A program made the position numbers and the translations under genes. This document shows, one piece after another, positions 1-9,588 of a stretch of DNA of 64,000 nucleotides. Source of the DNA: Rubripirellula sp. (lineage in GTDB: Bacteria > Planctomycetota > Planctomycetia > Pirellulales > Pirellulaceae); contig OZ244207.1 in assembly GCA_965216875.1 (NCBI GenBank), forward strand, positions 1,568,001-1,632,000. The letters are read 5' to 3'. Position 1 is the first letter of the stretch; every line of letters begins with the position of its first letter. The notes beneath the pieces were generated by a model. That model made no database searches. It was not told the DNA's origin and was given only the letters and a program-made list of their open reading frames with translations.

Positions 1-1
1 C

Positions 2-2389
2 ATCGAAGGCAATGCTCTCGATGATTTCAACGGCACTCGCGATAGTGGCAATCTGTCGATTTCAAATGCGGGTGGCCCCGCAATCACTTCGGCGGCCGTT
101 CGGATGACGCTGATCGGGTCCGGTGTCAATGGTGGTGATGAAGCACTTGTCGTTGGCGCCCAATTGACTGCCACCGGTGGTAGTTCTCGGACCGCGGATC
201 GCGAACTTCATAAAACCGACAACACGTTCGCCACAACTTTGGTGAAGAACATCGTTGAGGTCGGACCTTCGAACCCAAGCAATCTAACGGACGTCGGTGG
301 CACGCTTTTCTTCACCGCGCATGATCCAATCACCAGCGGACGCGAGCTGTGGACCAGTGATGGAACCGAAGCGGGGACAACGCTCGTTGAAGACATCCGA
401 ACCGGGACCGATGCCTATGGCGCGCCCCTGAGTAGCGACCCTCAATACCTGACCGAGGTCAACGGGCAACTCTTCTTCACTGCACTTGATGACCAGAATG
501 ATCGCGAACTTTGGTCCAGCGACGGTACTGAGGCTGGAACGGATCAGATCAAGAACATCAACGAAGGGTCGCAAGGTTCCAACATCCAGCAAGTCACTCA
601 AGTTGGCAATCGCGTTTTCTTTGTTGCCGATGACGGTATCAATGGCGAAGCGGTCTACGTGGCGGACCCAGGGGCGGGGACGGTATCCCTTGCTGCCGAC
701 CTGACACTTTCGAATGTCGACAAGATCAGTGGACTGGCGGCGTTCGACGGCGGCGTGGTCTTTTTCCATGACTCGCTTGGCATCCATCACACCGATGGGA
801 CAACGACAACAGCGATTTCGACTTTGAATCCGGTCACTCTGGACGAAGAGGGAACCCACTTTGTCCAAGCGAACAATCGAATCTTCTTCGTTACCGTTGA
901 TCCGACCTTTGGCGAAGAGTTGTTCAGCTTCACACCAGGCGGCAGCCCGGCGCTTGTGACCGATTTGAACGAAGGTAATAGCGGTGCCGACAGCAGCGAG
1001 CCGCGCGAGTTGGTCGAATTCAACGGTTTGCTCTACTTCACGGCACACTTTGTCAACGCCTTTACGGATTCCGGTCGCGAGCTAATTCGAACGGACGGAA
1101 CGGTGGGCGGCACAACGGTCGTGGCGAACATCAACATCGACACTCCTGTCATGGGGGCCCCGATCGATAACGGTTCGGATCCGCAGCATTTGACCGTGAG
1201 CGGCTCTCGACTGTTCTTCTCGGCCGATGACGGCACCACGGGTGGCAACGGTCGAGAATTGTTTAGCACGACAGGCGTTGGTGCTTCACTCGCCTCGGAT
1301 ATCAACACGGGCGCGTCGGGGTCGAATCCTCACAATTTAACCGACGTTCAAGGTGTGCTTTACTTCGCAGCTGACGATGGCACGAACGGTATCGAGCCCT
1401 TCATGTCCGACGGCACGGGCGCAGGCACTGCGTTGGTTGCCAACGTCAACGGCGGTGGTTCCGATTCGAACCCAAACCACTTCTTCCAGGTTGGACCGAC
1501 GGTCTATTTTGCCGCGACCGAGTCGGGCACTGGAACTGAACTTTGGAAGACGGACGGAACCCCTGGTGGAACACTGATTGTCGAGGACCAGCAACCGGGA
1601 ATCCTCAGCAGTGACCCGGTCCCTGTTGCTGATGCCGGCATGGACCGCGTCCTTGTGGCCGCGACGGGTGTCGGGACTTTGGACCGCGAACTCTGGATCA
1701 CTGGCGGACCGGTCCCAGACTTGCAAATGGCGTTGGACATCAATCCGGGGCCAGCCTTTGGCGGACATCCACGCGACTTCCTCCCGGTCGGTTCCGATCT
1801 CGTCTTCGTGGCTGATGATGGTTTCTCGGGCGAAGAACTCTTCACGCTCGAAGAAGTCGTTCCCGAACTCAGCGAGGTTGTCATCAGTGGCGGGCAAGCG
1901 CAACGCTCGTCTCTCGAAACCGTCCGCGTGGAATTCAACTCTTTGGTTGAAATCAATGGCGACGCATTCCTATTCGAAAACGTATCCAACGGAAATGCCG
2001 AGGCGGTTGATGTACCCGTGGTGACTCAGGTCAATGGCAAGACGTTTGTCGAATTTACCTTCCTGCCTGGTGCGACGGTCAACGCCAATGGCCAGCTACT
2101 TGATGGCCAATACTTGCTGACCATCGACACGACGATGATCGGTTCCTTTGGTCTTCAGATGACGGGTGACAACACGTTTGGCGACGAACCAGCCGTCGAC
2201 AAGTTCTTCCGCAAGTTTGGTGATGGTGATGGCAGCAACTTCGTGAACCTGTTCGACTTTGCTGCCTTCCGAGGAAGCTTCAATAAGTCGGAAGGGGACC
2301 TCGGCTACAACGAGGCGTTTGACAACGACGGAAACAACATCGTGAACCTGTTTGATTTCGCAGCGTTCCGCAATAACTATCTTTCTTGA
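2..2389 (+). CDS. ELWxxDGT-repeat (beta-propeller) surface protein with C-terminal Ig-like plus dockerin-like domain; 5' end lies outside the window
   Basis: Frame is open from position 2. Repeated ELWTSDGT/ELWSSDGT/ELIRTDGT/ELWKTDGT motifs; duplicated C-terminal DxDG/NxxxVNLFDFAAFR Ca-binding-like motif. Confidence 0.85.
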   Translation: MEGNALDDFNGTRDSGNLSISNAGGPAITSAAVRMTLIGSGVNGGDEALVVGAQLTATGGSSRTADRELHKTDNTFATTLVKNIVEVGPSNPSNLTDVGGTLFFTAHDPITSGRELWTSDGTEAGTTLVEDIRTGTDAYGAPLSSDPQYLTEVNGQLFFTALDDQNDRELWSSDGTEAGTDQIKNINEGSQGSNIQQVTQVGNRVFFVADDGINGEAVYVADPGAGTVSLAADLTLSNVDKISGLAAFDGGVVFFHDSLGIHHTDGTTTTAISTLNPVTLDEEGTHFVQANNRIFFVTVDPTFGEELFSFTPGGSPALVTDLNEGNSGADSSEPRELVEFNGLLYFTAHFVNAFTDSGRELIRTDGTVGGTTVVANINIDTPVMGAPIDNGSDPQHLTVSGSRLFFSADDGTTGGNGRELFSTTGVGASLASDINTGASGSNPHNLTDVQGVLYFAADDGTNGIEPFMSDGTGAGTALVANVNGGGSDSNPNHFFQVGPTVYFAATESGTGTELWKTDGTPGGTLIVEDQQPGILSSDPVPVADAGMDRVLVAATGVGTLDRELWITGGPVPDLQMALDINPGPAFGGHPRDFLPVGSDLVFVADDGFSGEELFTLEEVVPELSEVVISGGQAQRSSLETVRVEFNSLVEINGDAFLFENVSNGNAEAVDVPVVTQVNGKTFVEFTFLPGATVNANGQLLDGQYLLTIDTTMIGSFGLQMTGDNTFGDEPAVDKFFRKFGDGDGSNFVNLFDFAAFRGSFNKSEGDLGYNEAFDNDGNNIVNLFDFAAFRNNYLS

Positions 2390-2416
2390 GCCAAAGTTAG
2401 CGACGAAACATTGTTT

Positions 2417-2452
2417 GGGTTGTGTCGGTCTTTCCGGCACAGCCCTTTTTTT
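2417..2452 (+). terminator. Rho-independent terminator
   Basis: GGGTTGTGTCGG-tcttt-CCGGCACAGCCC stem followed by T7, 28 bp after the stop codon. Confidence 0.75.
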
Positions 2453-2551
2453 GTGCACCTCGCAAGTGCCCATCGCTCGCTTCAAATCCGTCCCCGCTGC
2501 TGGCGGAGTGGTAGGTTTGTTCTGCAACCTTCCACTTTGTGAGCAGTCGCA

Positions 2552-3079
2552 ATGCTACGTCTCGATGCCACCTCCAACCCCGAACAAGATGCCGCCAAAA
2601 TCTGTCGTTGGCGTTGTGGACGCATCGTCATGCGCGACGGCAAATTGGTCGAGGTCCAGCAGCGGCTGTTGACCGGTTCCGTTTCGGTTGCGCAAGTTTG
2701 GTGGCAGGCACGCTACGGACGTAGTGACGATGAGGTGTGTTGGCTTGACTATCACCAACCTTTGGGCATGCCCCAGTTCCTAACCCTTGACTACATCCGC
2801 AGCGGCAAGCGAGCCGGGTACAAGACCTTTGTTGGGGCCTGCAAAGTGCTCGACGACATCGCCAGGATTCGATCGGCGATGGCGATTGTTGCCCATGTGA
2901 CCAATTCGTCCATCAGCGATCGTTTGCTCGAAAGATTGGGGTGGCAGCAACACATGGAAAAATGGAAAGGGCGTCATTGGATTCGCCGATTCTACGACGG
3001 ATACCCCGATTCATCGCTTCACCGCTACCTCGACCGCGCTTCTGGCGACATAATGGTCGACCATGTCCAGCCTTGTTGA
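2552..3079 (+). CDS. Hypothetical protein, possibly a degenerate GNAT-like fold
   Basis: 175-aa ORF overlapping the next gene by 17 nt. The C-terminal AIVAHVTNSSISDRLLERLGW resembles the GNAT N...lyeklGF motif. Confidence 0.6.
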   Translation: MLRLDATSNPEQDAAKICRWRCGRIVMRDGKLVEVQQRLLTGSVSVAQVWWQARYGRSDDEVCWLDYHQPLGMPQFLTLDYIRSGKRAGYKTFVGACKVLDDIARIRSAMAIVAHVTNSSISDRLLERLGWQQHMEKWKGRHWIRRFYDGYPDSSLHRYLDRASGDIMVDHVQPC

Positions 3080-3590
3080 AAAAGCGGAAGCGTTTGCAAC
3101 CGATGCTCACGCAAGCATCGATCAGCGTCGAAAGTACTCTGACGAGCCCTACATCGTTCATCCACGCGCAGTCGCCGCGACCGTTGCTTCGGTCACCGAC
3201 GATGAGGCGATGATCGCGGCCGCTTGGCTTCACGATGTCGTCGAGGATACTCCTGTTACAAACGACGAAATCAGAGCAGCGTTCGGCGATGATGTTGCCG
3301 ATCTTGTGTCTCAAGTCACGAACGTTTCGAAGTTGAGTGATGGGAACCGTGCGACACGCAAGGCAATCGATCGTAAGCACGTAGCAGCCGCGAGCCCACG
3401 TGGCAAGACGATCAAGCTTGCCGACTTGATCGATAATCTCGATGGCATCACCTCGGAAAACCGCGGGTATGCACCGAAGTACCTCGCTGAGAAACGCGAG
3501 CAATTGACCGTTCTCGGCGAAGGGGACCGAAGCCTCTACCAACGAGTCGAGCAAATCATCGAAAACGAGTATGCCCAACTTTCCCAGTGA
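3063..3590 (+). CDS. HD-domain hydrolase, Mesh1/small alarmone hydrolase (RelA/SpoT hydrolase-like)
   Basis: H...QRRKYSDEPYIVHP, AAWLHDVVED and KLADLIDNL motifs. Confidence 0.85.
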   Translation: MSSLVEKAEAFATDAHASIDQRRKYSDEPYIVHPRAVAATVASVTDDEAMIAAAWLHDVVEDTPVTNDEIRAAFGDDVADLVSQVTNVSKLSDGNRATRKAIDRKHVAAASPRGKTIKLADLIDNLDGITSENRGYAPKYLAEKREQLTVLGEGDRSLYQRVEQIIENEYAQLSQ

Positions 3591-3685
3591 GCCGAATGCG
3601 CTTGCATCGGGCCTCACACTCCTCACTCTTCGCGCTTTCACTCTACTCGTGGCCAAGGGCCCGAGGCCTCACTGTCAGCGACTCA
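3587..3685. repeat. REP-like palindromic element (GTGAGCCG family); inverted copy at 50171-50248
   Basis: gtgagccgaatgcgcttgcatcgggcc...gaggcctcac matches the reverse complement of 50171-50248. It overlaps the TGA stop of the HD gene. Confidence 0.7.
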
Positions 3686-3833
3686 AACGCACGGTATTCC
3701 GCTCATCCAGAGCGACCGTCCACTTGCGTTTTTTCCCAAGAAACGCACGAGCCGTTAAGATTAAGGGAGACGATTTATCGCGACGCGGACTCAAAAGTCA
3801 AATGCTTCAATTCAGTCCGCGTCTAGCCATCTC

Positions 3834-5315
3834 TTGGATCGGTGGGGCAGTATGCATCAACTCTCTTTCTCACGCTTCGCCCTTCTGTTGGGCCTTTTGG
3901 TCGGGATGGCCGCACCGGCTGCGGCGGATATGGTGCTGTACACCGTTCCCGGATCGAATCTCACCTTTGTGTTGATGGGAAAGGCATCGGTCAATCCTGG
4001 TGGAACGGTGTCGCTCAAGCATGCACGGGGGCTGCTCCATTTCGGGATGCGTGATTGCCGTATCGTTAAGACGCAAACGAAGCTACAGCTATACGGAATC
4101 GAAGCGTCGGAAGCTCGACGCGATGCGACGGCTGAGAGTTACCTCGATTTGGCGCTTTGGTGTGTTGAAAACGGAATGCTCAAACAGGCTGACGATGCGC
4201 TTGCATCGGCGTGGCGGACGGATGCGAGTCACGATCGCGTGAAGCTGATGGCCAAGCTTGTTCAATTTCGTCGAGCTACCGTGCCTGCATCGTCGAGCGT
4301 CGAGGAAGAGATGCGGGCCTTCGTGAAGAAAGATGACATGCAGTTTCTACGCAGTCGTCATTTTGCACTCCTGCACGACACGTCGGATCAAGTCGAACCA
4401 AAGTACAACAAAACGGTTGCCCAGCATCGTCTCGACCTGCTCGAACAAGTCTACGACAGTTTCTTTATGAAGTACGCACTTGAGGGTTACCCGCTGAAAG
4501 TGCCTCGTGAGCCGATGCGTGTTGTTTTGTTCGATGATCATGCCGACTATCTGAATTTCGTCAAGCTTCTTGATCCGGCGCTCAAGCGTGCGGCTGGCTT
4601 CTATTCGCCAGAAGAGAATATCGCAATCTTCTATCGTCAGAAAACGGACGAAGCGTTCAAGGGGGCAAACCAACTCGTCGAACTGCTGCGAGATTTGCGG
4701 GATACCGCCCGGCGGACGCGCGCCGCGGGGGCTGGCGAACTGATTCGATTTGCAAAAACGCTCGAGCTGATCATCGACATCGAGGGCGAGAATCAAGAAA
4801 TCGAAGTGGTCACTCACGAGGCGACGCATCAACTGGCTGCCAACAGCGGGTTGCTCGAGCGCGAACGCTTTTTTGTTCGCTGGGCACACGAGGGACTTGC
4901 CAGCTATTTCGAGTCGCCCAAAGAAGCGACTTGGGCTGGCATCGGCGCAGTCAACGCACAGCGACTCGGTTTCTACCGAATTCTCGAACGTGACCCGGAG
5001 CATTCGAGTATCGAGTTTGTCGTGACTGACAAGATTTTCGACTTTGCGGGATCGAGTTTCAGCGTGCAAGCGGCGTACGGTCAAGCGTGGGCGCTCACCC
5101 ACTTCCTAATGGACAAGCATCTTGAAGAGCTGATGGAGTTCTACAAGTTGATGGCCAAGGATGATTTCGAGACGGAGCGAAACGAAGCGTGGCGTCAAAA
5201 AACACTCGCAACCTTCCGTGAGTGTTTTGGCGACCTCGGAACACTCGAACGAGAATGGCGTTCGTACATGCGAACGCTCAAGACCGACATGGAACAGCTC
5301 GCCGACAAGATTTAG
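3834..5315 (+). CDS. DUF1570 domain exported zincin-like protein
   Basis: Signal-peptide-like N-terminus; THEATHQ (HExxH) and WAHEGLASYFE motifs; YGQAWALTHFL. The start may be the ATG at 3852. Confidence 0.8.
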   Translation: MDRWGSMHQLSFSRFALLLGLLVGMAAPAAADMVLYTVPGSNLTFVLMGKASVNPGGTVSLKHARGLLHFGMRDCRIVKTQTKLQLYGIEASEARRDATAESYLDLALWCVENGMLKQADDALASAWRTDASHDRVKLMAKLVQFRRATVPASSSVEEEMRAFVKKDDMQFLRSRHFALLHDTSDQVEPKYNKTVAQHRLDLLEQVYDSFFMKYALEGYPLKVPREPMRVVLFDDHADYLNFVKLLDPALKRAAGFYSPEENIAIFYRQKTDEAFKGANQLVELLRDLRDTARRTRAAGAGELIRFAKTLELIIDIEGENQEIEVVTHEATHQLAANSGLLERERFFVRWAHEGLASYFESPKEATWAGIGAVNAQRLGFYRILERDPEHSSIEFVVTDKIFDFAGSSFSVQAAYGQAWALTHFLMDKHLEELMEFYKLMAKDDFETERNEAWRQKTLATFRECFGDLGTLEREWRSYMRTLKTDMEQLADKI

Positions 5316-5332
5316 ACGCAAACACGCGTACT

Positions 5333-5447
5333 AGCAATCACCCTCCCGCGTGCGGGAGGGTCGGACGCAAAGTCCGGGGAGGGAACGAGTTTTCAAAACG
5401 AACCCTCTCCGGGCCTTAGAGCCCGACTCTCCCAAGGGAGAGTGTTT
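5333..5447. repeat. 115-bp REP-like composite palindrome (CCCTC(T)CCC...GGGAG(A)GGG family); inverted copy at 20264-20378
   Basis: One arm is identical over 46 bp to the reverse complement at 20264. The other arm has about 4 mismatches over 48 bp. Confidence 0.85.
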
Positions 5448-5498
5448 GAACTCGCTGTCTTGAGGCCTAGTGGAAGCCCATTCCGTAACGCTAGCTGA

Positions 5499-6920
5499 CT
5501 ACTTTGCCTTGATCTCTTTCAAGCGGTCACGCTCAGGGCGTTTCTTGTAGAACGGATCGAGTGGGTAACAACCGCTGACCATGCCATTGCGTGGCGCGGT
5601 GGTACAGTCACTGAATGTTCGACAAATCTTCTTTCTGGCCATGACAGAGCCGTCCAAAACGTCGGCTGGCAGGTCAGGGTAAGACAAAACCATTCGGCCG
5701 AGACCGACGCTGTCCACTTTGCCGGCCGCAACCACCGCCTGGGCCACGCCCGGTAGCCAATCCTGCAGATAGCTATAGCCGGACCCAACGAAGAGCATTT
5801 CCGGGTGGAGCTTCTTCAGCTCGGCTGTTGCGTTCACTTGACGTGCGACGCCCACGAGCGGGTCTTCAGGCGGCTGATACCCGTCACTGGGTGGAAAGAA
5901 TGCTGGACGCTGGATGTGTGGATTGTAGTACGGACTGCCGGCTGTCGTGCAAACCAGTCTGATCCCGAGGCTCTTCATCAGCTCCATCAACTTGGACGGT
6001 TCGGTCAGGTCGATCCCTTGCCCCGTGCCATCGCCACCGAAGGCCAACCTTGGATCGGCATCGGGTTCTGGCTGACCGATCGAATCGTCGCCCATCCGGT
6101 ACGGAACAAAATCAAACGCACTGACTCGAACGCCGATCATCAGGCCTGGGGCGTTTGCATGAATCCCCGCGACGATCTCTCGCAAGAACCGAGTGCGGTT
6201 TTCGAAACTGCCGCCGAATTCGCCTTCGCGATCAAATCCGGTCAACAGCTCGTGTCCGAGATATCCATGACAATGCTTGACGTCGACAAAACGGTAGCCC
6301 GCCTTCTGGGCGAGGACGGCAGCGGCAACAAAGTCATCAATTAATTGCTTCAAGTCATCGTCGGACAGCAATGCGTTGTCGCCGTCGATCCCGAGTCGTT
6401 TGTCCAACACGGCGTTGCGCTGCGCCGTCCTCGGTTCGGACTTTGTCTTTTCGTTTGGACGTGCGAAGCGGCCTGAATGAGTTAGCTGCAATCCAACAAA
6501 CAGATCATCAACTGTCGAGAAGCGTTCTTGGTGAGCGTCAACCAAGATCTGACGCAGCCGCATGAGGTCACCGAGGTTCGCTTCATTGATCATCAACTGA
6601 TTCGGGTTCGCACGACCATCGGGACGCACGGCAACGGCTTCACCACCCCAAATGAGTTTCGCGCCGGAGATTCCAAAGTTCTTCCAGCGGTATTCGGTCA
6701 AGTCGGTTGGACGTCCGTCACGCGTGCCGTCCCAACCTTCCATCGGCAGGATGCAGAACCGATTTCCGATCGTCTGGTCATCGATCGTAAGTGATTGGCC
6801 GAGCACACTTTCATTTCCGGTGCCGATTTCAGCATCGCATGGTAAGTCGATGCCAAGCGAACGGACATGTTCACAGAATGTCTCGTGAGTCTTAAGTGTT
6901 GCGATTCGAGGAAAACTCAT
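5499..6920 (-). CDS. NADH:flavin oxidoreductase / Old Yellow Enzyme-like protein
   Basis: [43 protein letters not shown] and [14 protein letters not shown] motifs. Confidence 0.85.
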   Translation of the reverse strand: MSFPRIATLKTHETFCEHVRSLGIDLPCDAEIGTGNESVLGQSLTIDDQTIGNRFCILPMEGWDGTRDGRPTDLTEYRWKNFGISGAKLIWGGEAVAVRPDGRANPNQLMINEANLGDLMRLRQILVDAHQERFSTVDDLFVGLQLTHSGRFARPNEKTKSEPRTAQRNAVLDKRLGIDGDNALLSDDDLKQLIDDFVAAAVLAQKAGYRFVDVKHCHGYLGHELLTGFDREGEFGGSFENRTRFLREIVAGIHANAPGLMIGVRVSAFDFVPYRMGDDSIGQPEPDADPRLAFGGDGTGQGIDLTEPSKLMELMKSLGIRLVCTTAGSPYYNPHIQRPAFFPPSDGYQPPEDPLVGVARQVNATAELKKLHPEMLFVGSGYSYLQDWLPGVAQAVVAAGKVDSVGLGRMVLSYPDLPADVLDGSVMARKKICRTFSDCTTAPRNGMVSGCYPLDPFYKKRPERDRLKEIKAK

Positions 6921-7888
6921 GCTCGCGCCTCCTTCATCAAGCGATCAAGGTCGCTCGCGATCGTCTGCAGCACATCAATATCGGCTTCTGGCCGACAGGG
7001 CGATTCGGGATGCGTGTGATTGGTTGAAATCATTCCGCGCAACTTCAAGAACATTGCTGCGGAGTGTTTGTAGGCCGGCGCCGGTGCGCGAAAAGTGAAA
7101 GCTCCGAGGTATTGAAGCAAATCGTTAAGTTCGTGAAAGGCACAGTCCCCCGCGTTCCACATGGCATCACGAGCGGCGAAAGCATCGGGTGCAAAGGTGC
7201 TCAGCCCAAGCAAGTAATCGCTGCCATACATCACCATGTCGATCGCCAGGTCGTTGCCGGTGAACACTTTGAATTCGGGACGCACACGATCACGCAAGGC
7301 TAACCGTTGCCATTCCGGCTCGCGACGAAGCGACGAGTGTTTGGCACCGATCACGTTCGGGATTTGCATAAGCCGTTCGTAGAGTCCAAGCGAATAGATG
7401 TTCCCGAAGGGGGCGAAGACCTTGCCCAGCTCAAAAAAGAGGAAGCCTTCGCATTCCTTGCCGAGTTCGGAGTAGGCGGCGACGATTTGGTCTTCTGAGG
7501 ATTGGATCAGCCCGTACGACTGAAAGAAGATCGGCGTACCGCCGTGGTCGACGATTTGACGCAACCCAACGCGGTAGCCGTCGATGTTCAAGCCATCGCT
7601 CGGCGCGTCTTTGACGAAGACGCCCGCAACGTACATCGATCCGTTGCATAGTGATTGGGTACGCTCGAGCACTTCCTGACGCACTTCGGGCGAGATCAGG
7701 TTGGCGTAGCCCGTGTCCATGTTTACCGCCGGAATCAGCCCCGCGTCGAGGGTGCGCCTGACGTGTGCGTCAAAGTCGTTCCAATCGACCTTCGAGTCCT
7801 CGGCGTAGGGCAAAAGAATCGCTGAGATGCCGGTGATCTTGCGCCGTGGCTTGAGAAGCGACGGCGGATCAATGTTGCGGGTCGACAT
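6917..7888 (-). CDS. Dihydrodipicolinate synthase / class I aldolase-family protein
   Basis: [28 protein letters not shown] (Schiff-base Lys), FTGNDL. Start set at the ATG of MSTRNID; 4-nt overlap with the downstream gene. Confidence 0.8.
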   Translation of the reverse strand: MSTRNIDPPSLLKPRRKITGISAILLPYAEDSKVDWNDFDAHVRRTLDAGLIPAVNMDTGYANLISPEVRQEVLERTQSLCNGSMYVAGVFVKDAPSDGLNIDGYRVGLRQIVDHGGTPIFFQSYGLIQSSEDQIVAAYSELGKECEGFLFFELGKVFAPFGNIYSLGLYERLMQIPNVIGAKHSSLRREPEWQRLALRDRVRPEFKVFTGNDLAIDMVMYGSDYLLGLSTFAPDAFAARDAMWNAGDCAFHELNDLLQYLGAFTFRAPAPAYKHSAAMFLKLRGMISTNHTHPESPCRPEADIDVLQTIASDLDRLMKEARA

Positions 7889-8073
7889 GATGGACCTAAA
7901 GGGGAATTGGAATAGCCCGGGGAGGGCGTATTGATTTGGATCCGAGCAGCATAACGGCAGAGCCATGAGGTTGCTTTGAAGATCAGGTTTGCAAATCGGG
8001 CAGATCACCGGCGGTGCGGGCTGCAACAGCCTGGGATCACGGTCAATACGCCGGAGGGGTGACGATGTCATCG

Positions 8074-8088
8074 TGGCACCGGCTGTGC
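8074..8088 (+). promoter_or_regulatory. Possible sigma-54 -24/-12 promoter
   Basis: TGGCACC-GGCT-GTGC has the correct GG-N10-GC spacing, about 100 bp upstream of the carbonic anhydrase gene. Confidence 0.35.
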
Positions 8089-8186
8089 GGTTTCGGTATC
8101 ATTTCGCGAGTGGATCGCTCAAAAGAAGAATCGCGAGCGATTTGTGCGAATGAGCTGTGATGACTGCCCACTAAGGAGATCTCGAG

Positions 8187-8819
8187 ATGGCAAAGAAGGC
8201 AAAGGCCCCGGCGAAGAAGAAAAATCGACTCTCGGCCGATGATGCTCTGAAAAAGTTGAAGGATGGAAACCAGCGTTTTCTCAAGCATGGCCCGATCTGC
8301 TATCCGAATGCAGACGATCGTGCCGATTTTTCCAACGGCCAAAAACCATACGCTGCGATTCTCTCGTGTGCCGACAGTCGCGTTTCGCCGGAGATCATGT
8401 TTAACGCAGGTCTGGACGAAGTCTTCGTCATTCGGGTTGCGGGCAACGTTGCCGACACGACCTCGATTGCGAGTATCGAGTACGCGGTTTCACAGCTCAA
8501 CACAAACCTCGTCGTCGTGATGGGGCATGAGGCTTGCGGCGCTGTCGGTGCGGCACTTGCCAATGCGGAAAAGACGATCGACCTCGGCTACAACCTCAAC
8601 ACTCTTGTTGCGCACATCACGCCAGCCGTTGCGGCGGCTCAAAAGAAGAAGACGTTTGAAAAGGACCCACTCGCAGCTACGGTCAAGGAAAATGCAAAGC
8701 TAGTGGCCAAAGAACTGAGGACACGTTCGCCAATCATCGCAAACCAGCGCGGTGTGAAGATTGTTTCTGGCTACTACCATTTGATCACTGGCAAAGTCGA
8801 CTTTTCCGAGCCGTCCTAA
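8187..8819 (+). CDS. Beta-class carbonic anhydrase
   Basis: LSCADSRV, RVAGN and MGHEACGAV zinc-ligand motifs; TAAGGAG RBS upstream. Confidence 0.92.
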   Translation: MAKKAKAPAKKKNRLSADDALKKLKDGNQRFLKHGPICYPNADDRADFSNGQKPYAAILSCADSRVSPEIMFNAGLDEVFVIRVAGNVADTTSIASIEYAVSQLNTNLVVVMGHEACGAVGAALANAEKTIDLGYNLNTLVAHITPAVAAAQKKKTFEKDPLAATVKENAKLVAKELRTRSPIIANQRGVKIVSGYYHLITGKVDFSEPS

Positions 8820-8869
8820 ACGGTTCGAAACGCGCACTCAAAGACCTCACTTTGTTTTAGGTCCGACCG

Positions 8870-9424
8870 GTGAAGCAGCTGCAACGGCGTCGCATGCAAT
8901 TTAATCTTTCGAAGATGCTTTGCGCGCCATTCCTGTTCTTGCCGATGTTCGTCGGGGTCTCGCTGGCAACAAACCCGTCTGAAGATGGCGCCATTTCTGA
9001 TGAGATGGCGCTTCAGTTCTGTGTCGCGTTCGTCACGTACACGGTCGTGTTTTGTTGGCTCGTGGTTCGAAACCTCGACCGAATCAACGCGTTCCGGCGT
9101 TTTCCCTTTCGAGGCTCTTTCCTGCTCGGGGGTATTGCCGGTTGCACCTTTGCGGTGCTGTTCGTGTTTGGATTGGTGCCGGCGGCGGTGTTGAATCACA
9201 ACCGAACCATGGTCACCGAAATTTCGTGGCGCGACCTCGTTCTGTGGCTCGCGGTCACGATTCTTTATGCAACCGCGATTTGCGCACTTGCCGGGTTCTA
9301 CATGGGCATGCTTGCCGGTGGAATCTATTGCGGTTTGCGACACTTGGTGCCGTCAAAGAGCCAAGTGGTCCCGCACTCACGACGTCCGCACGCGTGGCGC
9401 CTTGAACGCGAAAAGCGCGATTGA
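8870..9424 (+). CDS. Hypothetical integral membrane protein (about 4 TM helices)
   Basis: Several hydrophobic segments; start is uncertain (GTG 8870 or ATG 8894). Confidence 0.55.
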   Translation: MKQLQRRRMQFNLSKMLCAPFLFLPMFVGVSLATNPSEDGAISDEMALQFCVAFVTYTVVFCWLVVRNLDRINAFRRFPFRGSFLLGGIAGCTFAVLFVFGLVPAAVLNHNRTMVTEISWRDLVLWLAVTILYATAICALAGFYMGMLAGGIYCGLRHLVPSKSQVVPHSRRPHAWRLEREKRD

Positions 9425-9588
9425 ACCAAAGCGCAACCGAAGTGTGTTTCCTAAGGGCGAACGATCACTGTACGCACTATCAGGTAACCGTATCGATTTG
9501 TGGTCGACGCGCGTGTGCGCGCCGAAAGCGACTATTCTGGTAGTCCCGCGACCAAACAACATGCGACGTTCCAACAGAGGGCACACTG

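Noticed and set aside
6917..7888. Assignment as dapA
   Set aside because: It lacks the GTTGE motif and the lysine-pathway context, so no gene symbol was given.
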